DNA of 64,000 nt from Macrostomum lignano (taxonomy: Eukaryota). Shown here in pieces: positions 27,001-37,100 of the stretch. The stretch covers positions 1-64,000 of the forward strand of contig NIVC01002688.1 of NCBI GenBank assembly GCA_002269645.1, in the 5' to 3' direction. The notes beneath the pieces were generated by a model that had not been told where the DNA came from, searched no databases, and was given only the letters and a program-made list of their open reading frames with translations. Every line of letters starts with the position of its first letter. Within the stretch, counting starts at the first letter, position 1. A program made the position numbers and the translations under genes.

Positions 27001-30000
27001 AGCTACACTTTGCTTGAGCGCCTGCTCAGGAATCAGCTTCAAGGACCACTGTAGTACATATCAGGATGCTCAGGAATCAGCTTCAAGGACCACTGTAGTA
27101 CATATCAGGATGCTCAGGAATCAGCTTCAAGGACCACTGTAGTACATATCAGGATGCTCAGGAATCAGCTTCAAGGACCACTGTAGTACATATCAGGATG
27201 CTCAGGAATCAGCTTCAAGGACCACTGTAGTACATATCAGGATGCTCAGGAATCAGCTTCAAGGACCACTGTAGTACATATCAGGATGCTCAGGAATCAG
27301 CTTCAAGGACCACTGTAGTACATATCAGGATGCTCAGGAATCAGCTTCAAGGACCACTGTAGTACATATCAGGATGCTCAGGAATCAGCTTCAAGGACCA
27401 CTGTAGTACATATCAGGATGCTCAGGAATCAGCTTCAAGGACCACTGTAGTACATATCAGGATGCTCAGGAATCAGCTTCAAGGACCACTGTAGTACATA
27501 TCAGGATGCTCAGGAATCAGCTTCAAGGACCACTGTAGTACATATCAGGATGCTCAGGAATCAGCTTCAAGGACCACTGCAGTACATATCAGGATGCTCA
27601 GGAATCAGCTTCAAGGACCACTGTAGTACATATCAGGACGCTCAGGAATCAGCTTCAAGGACCACTGTAGTACATATCAGGATGCTCAGGAATCAGCTTC
27701 AAGGACCACTGTAGTACATATCAGGATGCTCAGGAATCAGCTTCAAGGACCACTGTAGTACATATCAGGATGCTCAGGAATCAGCTTCAAGGACCACTGT
27801 AGTACATATCAGGATGCTCAGGAATCAGCTTCAAGGACCACTGTAGTACATATCAGGATGCTCAGGAATCAGCTTCAAGGACCACTGTAGTACATATCAG
27901 GATGCTCAGGAATCAGCTTCAAGGACCACTGTAGTACATATCAGGATGCTCAGGAATCAGCTTCAAGGACCACTGTAGTACATATCAGGATGCTCAGGAA
28001 TCAGCTTCAAGGACCACTGTAGTACATATCAGGATGCTCAGGAATCAGCTTCAAGGACCACTGTAGTACATATCAGGATGCTCAGGAATCAGCTTCAAGG
28101 ACCACTGTAGTACATATCAGGATGCTCAGGAATCAGCTTCAAGGACCACTGTAGTACATATCAGGACGCTGCACTCAAACATCGTGTAATCTTTTCGAGG
28201 CCAATTTCCTGGAAAAAATTACACTGCGGAAATAGGAAAAATCATTTTTCCATCATACAATCAATGATTGCATTTGATCTGGGGCAGTGAGCATTACCAT
28301 CTTTTAATGTAGCATGCAAAGCGTGTTACTCTGCTGTTGTATTTTATGAGTGCACACAGCTGTTCCAATGCATACCGGTATTAGTTGCTATCCTAATTCC
28401 AGATCAAATGCAATCATTGATCTTGTGAAATGATGCTTTCCTAACTCAGCAGTGTATTTTTCCAGGAAATTGGCTTCCAAAGTATTACACGAACTTCGAG
28501 TGTAGCGCCCTGTTATGTATAGAGTGGTCATTGATCAGCTCTCGCTGAAGTTGCATCAGAGATTCACAGCCCCCTGCAGTCAAGCAACAGTTGATGGCTT
28601 GGATACCTGATTTTTGTGTACAGTAATTAATGTAGGCAGCCTCGGGAAGCTGTTATTAACTTTGTCAAAAAAAGTTAAAGTCAACTAGTGAAGAGGAAAG
28701 TACTCTTTCTCAGTTCACGGACCTGGTGACTTAGGCCCTGGTTTCCATGCAATAACACTGTGTGGAGAAGCGCCAAGTCAAACCCAGGTGCTCTGGTTCA
28801 GCTCACCCGACATGAAGAAGTTGTGCCGCTGCTCCTGGCTGAAGACGCCGTCGCGGCACAGAGCGTCCGCTGCCGACCTCAGCAGGCGCTGCAGGTACGC
28901 CATGGTGGCCCACCACTCGTTCTGGTGCGCCTCCATCAGCCGCTGAAAGCCCTGTATTAAAGTGCAGGTTGATTTGGCAGTCAAAGAGCACTTTTGGTTT
29001 ACTGGCGGCTCGAAGTTGTTGACTCTTCATCGATGAATTCGCCCAACGATCGCGGAGGACAAACAAACAGTCCTGTACGATTGCAAAGGACAAACAGTCC
29101 TGCACGATTGCAAAGGACAAACAGTCCTGTATGATCGCAAACAAACAGTCCTGTATGATCGCAAACAAACAGTCCTGTACAATCGCAAACAAACAGTCCT
29201 GTATGATCGCAAACAAACAGTCCTGTATGATCGCAAACAAACAGTTCTGTACAATCGCAAACAAACAGTCCTGTACGATCGCAAACATACAGTCCTCTAC
29301 GATCGCAAACAAGCAGTCCTGTACGATCGCAAACAAACAGTCCTGTATGATCGCAAACATACAGTCCTCTACGATCGCAAACAAACAGTGCTGTACGATC
29401 GCAAACAAACAGTCCTGTACGATCGCAAACAAGCAGTCCTGTACGATCGCAAACAAACAGTCCTGTACGATCACAGACACACAGCAGTATAATTATACTC
29501 TAAAATCGCCAGCCCAAGCCAAAAGTGCAACCCACCTTGCTGGCGAAGTGCACCAGCACGGAGGACACGGGCTGCAACACGTAGACAGGTGGCACGGAGT
29601 TCTCATCGCGCAGGTACCAGCGGGAGAGGCTCGCCACCGCCTCGGGCGAGTCGCGGGCTCGATGGAACTCAAGGATCGCCTCGAACTCGCGGGCGTCGAC
29701 CAGCGCTGGCAACGGCCGGTAGCCGTACTTCTGGCCCAGCAGCACCACGAAGTTCGGACCGACGCTCACCTGCTGGCAGGCCCGCAGCTCCCGCAGGCAG
29801 AGCTCCGCGGTCATGTGATCATCCGTGGCCTCGTCCCGGACGCCCCAGCGCATGTCGACCACCTGGAACTCCAGGCCGTGCTTCTCGCGGCAGAACTCCT
29901 TCAGCCGCGGGTAGGTGTGCTCCATCAGGGCGTTGCGCTCCGCCGCAGTGTCTGGGGAGGCGGCGAGGATTTTGAGTACCCAACTCTGACTGAGTGCCCA

Positions 30001-32522
30001 ACTCTGACTGAGTGCCCAACTCTGACTGAGTGCCCAACTCTGACTGAGTGCCCGACTCTGACTGAGTGCCCAACTCTGACTGAGTGCCCAACTCTGACTG
30101 AGTGCCCAACTCTGACTGAGTGCCCAACTCTGACTGAGTGCCCAACTCTGACTGAGTGCCAGACTCTGACTGAGTGCCAGACTCTGACTGAGTGCCAGAC
30201 TCTGACTGAGTGCCCAACTCTGACTGAGTGCCCAACTCTGACTGAGTGCCCAACTCTGACTGAGTGCCCAACCCTGACTGAGTGCCCAACTCTGACTGAG
30301 TGCCCAACTCTGACTGAGTGCCCAACTCTGACTGAGTGCCAGACTCTGACTGAGTGCCAGACTCTGACTGAGTGCCAGACTCTGACTGAGTGCCCAACTC
30401 TGACTGAGTGCCAGACTCTGACTGAGTGCCCAACTCTGACTGAGTGCCAGACTCTGACTGAGTGCCCAACTCTGACTGAGTGCCCAACTCTGACTGAGTG
30501 CCCAACTCTGACTGAGTGCCAGACTCTGACTGAGTGCCCAACTCTGACTGAGTGCCAGACTCTGACTGAGTGCCCAACTCTGACTGAGTGCCCAACTCTG
30601 ACTGAGTGCCCAACTCTGACTGAGTGCCCGACTCTGACTGAGTGCCAGACTCTGACTGAGTGCCCAACTCTGACTGAGTGCCCAACTCTGACTGAGTGCC
30701 CAACTCTGACTGAGTGCCCGGCTCTTATGTGAGTTCCCGTGGCTCCCGCAGCCTCAACTCACCCGTGAAAGTTGAGCTGGTGAAAATTCGCACAACTCTG
30801 CTTGGCAGCTGCGGCAGCCGGCGCAGGTCGCAGCCCCGCAGCAGCCGCCGCAGCAGCCTGGCGGAGGCGGTGCCGCCCAGCCCGCTGTCAACACTGCGCC
30901 GGCGATGCGGCGTTCGCGGCGGGGACGGAGGCGGCGGCGGTGGCGGGGGACTTGGCGACTTTTCTGGTCGCTTCTCCTCCTCAGAAGGACCTTCGGCCTC
31001 GACCTTTTCCGCCTGCACCGGCTGCTTAACTTCCGGCAGACTGCCTGGCTGCAGCTGCTTTGCTTCCGGTTTCGGTGAGTCCGGAAGGCTGCGTGGCTGA
31101 GAGGCTGCCGCTCGCTGCGGCCCCGGCGGAAGCTGGAGGAGGCCGGGCGCCTGCGGCTCCCTGACGGGCCGAACGGCATTCCACAGCGACAGCTGCGGCG
31201 ACTCCTGCGCTGTCGCGAGTGTCGGCAGCTTCCGCAAGGTGGAAAACGCAGCCGTGACGGCCCTGTCGGACGCGAACGAAGCTGCCGCGGATCCGGTAGG
31301 CAGCGAGCGGGCCCGCACCATCGGCAGCCGAGGCAGCTGCGGCTGCTGCCCATCCCTGGCTGCCGTGGCCGCAAAGATGGCCGCTCCGCCGCCGTCGCTG
31401 TCGCCTGCGCGCTGTTCGTCGGCCTCGAGCGGTCCCCAGCCGCCGGTGCTGCGCCGCGGTCGCCGCCCCCATCGTCGCCTTCGCAGCAGAGCGGCCGCAG
31501 GATCCACCGATGCGGCCGCCGGTGCCAGCGGCGGCGGAGCGAAGGCCAGGTGCGGCAGCCGCTGCGTCTCGCGTCTCTCTGGAGGATTCGAACCCGCGCC
31601 GCGCCCAGCTGATCCCGAAGGCGCCGGCTGCTCCCCGGTAACCCGGAACTCGAACTGCCGGCCCCAGAACACCACGAAGACGTCCTTGCCGAGACGGGGC
31701 GGCTGCGGCTGCTCCGTCGACTGCCGCTGCAGCAGCTGCTGGTACTGCGAGCCTGAGAGCGGCACCAAGTTGCTCCTCCGCGTCATCTCTGCGCGATCCC
31801 GGGAGGCGCCAACACCGCGGCTCGATGGCATTTCTACCAGCCCTGCGCCTCCGCCACTCAGCCCGCTTCCTCCCAGCAACTCAGAATCCTTTCCTTTCTT
31901 CCCTCCCCTCCCCAACCCCAGTCTCCCCGCTGGGGATGCGGGGCAGAGGCTGCATTGCGGTGAGGAAGCGGCTTTGCAAACCGCCACCTCCGACCGGATG
32001 CCGGGAGAAAGTGGCGCTGCGGCCCACCGGTAGGCAGAAAAACAATGGCGGATTATGATAATAGCCATGACTGCGGCCCAATGTCAGCACTGGGGGCTTC
32101 AGTTTGCCAATGCTCAAAGTTAATTGCTTTCCGTGTTCACGGGGGGGGGGGTGAAGTACCTCCTCCTGCCGCCGCTCTCACGCGATCAATGAATGCCCCC
32201 TCCCCAGATTAACTGGGAGAAGCCAGCCCTCTGCGCGAGACTTCAAGTAGGGAGAGGGAGGCGGAAAGTTAGTCGCAACAGGGTGCTGGAAAAGCAAGCA
32301 AGCCAGCTCTGTAGTGGGTGGCAACCACTTGGCAACAATGCTTTCACGGGAGAATGAGGGAGAGACGGGACCTACTGTTGCCGATGCTGCAGCAGTTGTA
32401 AAAGCGATTAACCGTGCAATTTTTGTAGCAGCTCTCTCGGGCTGTCACTCACCCGGAGGTGGCGCTCCCGTCACGCGTAGGCGCTCCAGCGCGTCCGGGG
32501 TGTCGGCGGGCCGCCTCGTCAT
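21036..32522 (-). CDS. NACHT and WD40 repeat protein (NWD1/NWD2-like), about 2150 aa, 11 exons
   Basis: DUF4062-like RVVRIFTSSTFTD..ERNALM..YPRLKEFC..FQVVDMRWG; Walker A GDPGCGKT; Walker B LLLLDGLEEL; LSLDDEVLNDVFQYHLPP; WD motifs LEGHQF, LDGHFGRILAV..TAAMDRTLKVWD. Exons: 32522-32453, 32016-30763, 29951-29536, 28951-28807, 26856-26572, 26035-25890, 25802-25668, 25596-24806, 24684-24475, 24117-23312, 23223-21036. Phases agree except for one base at the 25668/25596 junction. The first exon is less certain. Confidence 0.9.
24432..24476. repeat. 12-bp tandem repeat (aataccccatgc) x~4 overlapping a splice donor
   Basis: Visible at 24432-24476, adjacent to the donor GGG|GTATTG. Confidence 0.8.
26200..26478. 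repeat. 16-bp tandem repeat (gttcagggatgtgaaa) with ggaggtgtgaaa variants
   Basis: Visible periodicity in an NWD intron. Confidence 0.9.
27024..28168. repeat. 44-bp minisatellite, about 26 near-identical copies
   Basis: Unit gctcaggaatcagcttcaaggaccactgtagtacatatcaggat; period 44; only a few variants. Confidence 0.97.
28167..28507. mobile_element. MITE-like foldback element with about 115-bp imperfect TIRs
   Basis: cgctgcactcaaacatcgtgtaat..ccaatttcctggaaaaa..aatgattgcatttgatctgg is mirrored by ccagatcaaatgcaatcatt..tttttccaggaaattgg..attacacgaacttcgagtgtagcg. Confidence 0.8.
29060..29472. repeat. 24-bp minisatellite, about 17 copies
   Basis: Unit aaacaaacagtcctgtacgatcgc. Confidence 0.95.
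29974..30720. repeat. 18-bp minisatellite, about 41 copies
   Basis: Unit gagtgcc[c/a][a/g]actctgact; fills almost the whole intron 29952-30762. Confidence 0.97.
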
Positions 32523-32596
32523 TGCAGAATCTGCGGATCTGCGGCGTTGCAGCGTCCCTGATAAGCTGCAGCTCCCGCGATTGAAGCCCCGAGCTA

Positions 32597-33025
32597 ATGA
32601 GTCACTGAGCCGCTTGAGTCACTGAGTCTCCGAGCCGCTTGAGTCACCGAGCCGCTTGAGTCACTGAGTCTTCGAGCCGCTTGAGTCACTGAGTCTCCGA
32701 GCCGCTTGAGTCACCGAGTCTCCGAGCCGCTTGAGTCACTGAGTCACCGAGCCGCTTGAGTCACTGAGTCTCCGAGCCGCTTGAGTCACTGAGTCTCCGA
32801 GCCGCTTGAGTCACCGAGTCTCCGAGCCGCTTGAGTCACTGAGTCACCGAGCCGCTTCAGTCACTGAGTCACCGAGCCGCTTGAGTCACTGAGTCACCGA
32901 GCCGCTTGAGTCACTGAGTCTCCGAGCCGCTTAAGTCACTGAGTCTCCGAGCCGCTTGAGTCACTGAGTCTCCGAGCCGCTTAAGTCACTGAGTCTCCGA
33001 GCCGCTTGAGTCACTGAGCCACTGA
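32597..33025. repeat. About 25-bp compound repeat containing about 19 TGAGTCA (AP-1 consensus) motifs
   Basis: Unit gagccgcttgagtcactgagtctcc with variants; TGAGTCA counted by eye. Confidence 0.9.
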
Positions 33026-34148
33026 GTAACTAAGTAACGACTTTGTCCCAGCCAGCTTGTCCCCAGATCAAGAGGTTATAAAGGAGAGCTGCATTTCTGC
33101 GCAGTGGGTGGCTAGGTAAGGGGCAGAACAAGATGCTGCGAGGCGAATTTCCAGCTTCATCTCGACTGCTCACACAGTTGATCTCCGGTTTCCGGAGCGA
33201 GTGAGAAAGCAGGTCAACATGGGACACTACCGGTATAGCAGCAATTTCCTCCCGCTGCCCCAGCCTCTCCGGTGCTGCATCAGCTCCTGTAGTGCACGCG
33301 AGCCGAGCTGTGCCCCCCAGCTGCTCTTAGGCTTCATCTTGAGACAGCGCAGATGGGGGAGCGGCTGCAGCAGGCATTGTTCTGGCTGAGCCCACAGGCG
33401 AAACTGCAAAAGCAGTCACTGAGGCTGCTATTGTGCGACTCACTTTGGCAATTCTTGCGAAAATCTTTCCCAACTACAAAAGTGCACGCCAGCCCGGCAG
33501 AAAAGAAAGAAGCAAATGCAGCAGCTGAATGCTTGGGATTAGCAACTGAGTCAGCTTTATTGTTGCAAAGAGCTACTGACGAACTCGCGCCTCGCTGCTA
33601 CTGGAAGTAGTTTAACAGCATTAAAGCATTAACAGCATGAAGAAATTCATGGTTTTCGAGTTTGAAGCTTAAAGTTGCCGAATAAAAAGCCGCATGCGGA
33701 CCTACTCGGATTTGAATCGGGGTTGCAATATAAAAAAGTAGAAAAGCAGACAAGTATTACTAATAAGTAGTATGTAGACGGGTTACGGAGTTTTTTAGAA
33801 TGTGGTCAACAGCGACAAAACGCATTTAAGAGCGACTTCAGAGACATAGGCGATACTTCATTTCTAGGAAAATATTTGAAGGCCGGATTTGCCCCAAAAT
33901 TGCGCTGCACGGATTTGAATTTCATTTTTCAACACAAGCTCAGTGCATATGTGCCTAACATGTGAAAACTTGCATAAATCTCTCATTCACATTTCTAAGA
34001 AAGCTTAACGAACTCGGTGAGGGGGTCAAAACGGGTTCGGTGCTGAAAAATTCTTTTATCTCCGTCGCGCTCGCCAGATTGTTCAGATTTTCTAAGAAAC
34101 GAAATTGCCGAGTCACTGCGGGCAAGTGCGCGCGAACTCGAGAGTGCG

Positions 34149-37100
34149 TCAGTACTCCCACAGGCAGGCGGCCCGGATTTCGTCGGCGTCCGCCCGCATG
34201 GTGCCGTTCTGCTCGCCGCGCACGTAGCAACCGTTACTGGCCTGGATGGCAACGCAGGAGCGGCTGCGGAACTCCAGCAGGAACTCCTCGGGCCGCTCGC
34301 CCTTAAACGAGATGCTCCCGTCCGCCTGCACGCACCAGAAGCCCTCGGAGCCTGGCGGGTGCGGGATGGAGAGACCAGAGGATTAAGGTCTAAATTTTAT
34401 AATCCCCCATTTTAATAATCCCCTACTTCTTGTAGTCCCCAATTCTCACTATCTCTAACTCTCACAATCCCCAACTCTCACAATCCCCAACTCTCACAAT
34501 CCCCAACTCTCACAATCCACAACTCTCACAATCCCCAACTCTCACAATCCCCAACTCTCACAATCCCCAACTCTCACAATCCCCAACTCTCCAAATCCCC
34601 AACTCTCACAATCCCCAACTCTCACAATCCCCAACTCTCACTATCTCTAACTCTCACAATCCCCAACTCTCACAATCCCCAACTCTCACAATCCCCAACT
34701 CTCACAATCCCCAACTCTCACAATCCCCAACTCTCCAAATCCCCAACTCTCACAATCCCCAACTCTCACAATCCCCAACTCTCACCATCACCAACTCTCA
34801 CAATCCCCAACTCTCACCATCACCAACTCTCACAATCCCAAATTCTCACCATCACCAACTCTCACAATCCCCAACTCTCACAATCCCCAACTCTCACAAT
34901 CCCCAACTCTCACCATCACCAACTCTCACAATCCCAAATTCTCATAATCCCCAACTCTCACAATCCCCAACTCTCACCATCACCAACTCTCACAATCCCA
35001 AATTCTCATAATCCCCAATTGTTATAATTAATAAGGTCTCAATTCACAAACACTTGAAAAACCGAAATTCCCGATATTTAAAATATTCGCATAATTAAGT
35101 CACCAAGGTAAGACTCACCCCAGCCCGCAGGACTCACCCCAATCCGCAGGACTCACCCCAGCCCACAGGACTCACCCCAGCCAGCAGGACTCATACTCAG
35201 GACTCACCCCTGATGTGGTAGAAGCCGCTGTCGGACACCTCCAGGTTGAAGGCATCGTAGCTCACCAGGTTGCACTCCAGCCGGCCATTCTTGATGCCCA
35301 CGAAGCCGAAGTCGCAGCGGAACACCACAATGGGCCGGTTGAGCAGCACCAGCTGAAACTGCTCCTCCGACTTCACCTCGCTGCCAGTGGCGTTCACTGC
35401 GCCCAGCTTCTTGGCGGACAGGTAACTGCCGTTCGAGCACTTCAGGGCCACCCGGCCCTTGGGCTGGTACTCCATGGCGAACAGGGTGGACTGGTCCCTG
35501 CGGCGGCGGGAATAGCAGTTCCATCTCAATCACCCTTTTGTAATCCCGATCCCTACTCTAGATCCCTACTCTAGATCCCTACTCTAGATCCCTGCTCTAG
35601 ATCCCTGCTCTAGATCCCTTCTCTAGATCCCTACTCTAGATCCCTACTCTAGATCCCTACTCTAGATCCCTACTCTAGATCCCTACTCCAGATCCCTTCT
35701 CTAGATCCCTACTGTAGATCCCTACTCTAGATCCCTACTCCAGATCCCTTCTCTAGATCCCTACTATAGATCCCTCCTCTAGATCCCTGCACTAGATCCC
35801 TACTCTAGATCCCTGCTCTAAATCCCTGCGCTAGATCCCTACTCTAGATCCCTGCTCGAGATCCCTACTCTAAATCCCTGCTCTAGATCCCTACTCTAGA
35901 TCCCTACTCCAGATCCCTGCTCTAGATCCCTACTCTAGATCCCTGCTCTAGAGCCCTACTCTAGATCCCTGCTCTAGATCCCTGCTCTAGATCCCTGCTC
36001 TAGATCCCTACTCTAGATCCCTAATCCAGATCGCTGCTCTAGATCCCTACTCTAGAGTTCAGATCCCTAATCCAGATCGCTGCTCTAGATCCCTACTCTA
36101 GAGTTCAGATCCTCCCAGTGTTCCTCACAAATCCCAACTGAAGATCCAGTAACCCAAAGCCCCAGAACTTGTCAGCCTCTCACCGAGAGTCCCCAGTCGC
36201 GCTGATGCCGTTGCCCACGGTGGACAGCTTCCAGAACTTGTCGTCCTTGGTGCGGAATCGCCACTTGCCGCTGGCAGCGTGGAACTCCAGCTGGTAGGTC
36301 TCGGTAACGTCGATGTCGCTCTGGTTGGCGTTCAGGTCCTGGCCTGCGGGTTCGTGATAAACTGCTGATAATAAACTTAACTAATCAGCCTGAAGCCAGG
36401 TGTCTCCGCAGGTGGATAGCAAGTGCTGGAAGAGGGTTTGCCAACCACGCTATGAAATATGGCATACAAAATCCAACAGCCTTCATAAGCCAGCTGATAT
36501 TCTGTGCATTCCCAGTCCGCCGCCAGGCAGACACTGATAAGCCGGGCATCCTCCTGGGACGGCGGCAAAGAAATTCGCGTCATGGCTGCTGCTTGGAATA
36601 TTCCAGAATTTTTGACGAACGGTAAGTCATAGCGGGATGGAGCGTCTGTCTGGGCAGCTTTGGCATTTCGTCTGAGGGATTGCAGCGCTTTGCAGCACAC
36701 AGAATTCACGGCTTTTTGAATGAAGGATGCCAGCGTGTCACCCTGCTGCACTTTAGCGTCCTGCTGCCAACCTCGGGTGCTTCAGTGTCCTGCTGCCAAC
36801 CTCAGGTGCTTCAGTGTCCTGCTGCCAACCTCAGGTGCTTCAGTGTCCTGCTGCCAACCTCAGGTGCTTCAGTGTCCTGCTGCCAACCTCAGGTGCTTCA
36901 GTGTCCTGCTGCCAACCTCAGGTGCTTCAGTGTCCTGCTGCCAACCTCAGGTGCTTCAGTGTCCTGCTGCCAACCTCAGGTGCTTCAGTGTCCTGCTGCC
37001 AACCTCAGGTGCTTCAGTGTCCTGCTGCCAACCTCAGGTGCTTCAGTGTCCTGCTGCCAACCTCAGGTGCTTCAGTGTCCTGCTGCCAACCTCAGGTGCT

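Noticed and set aside
27024-28168. CRISPR-like array
   Set aside because: Repeats are head-to-tail with no unique spacers, there are no cas genes, and the context is a eukaryotic intron; the same applies to the other arrays.
29131-30732. 533-aa ORF (IANKQSCT / ECPTLT repeats) and the opposite-strand GTQSEL ORF
   Set aside because: These are stop-free translations of two intronic minisatellites bridged by the antisense of a real NWD exon.
33227-33409. Additional exon of NWD or a fascin extension
   Set aside because: Has an acceptor-like site but no convincing donor or in-frame continuation; fascin already terminates at 34149.
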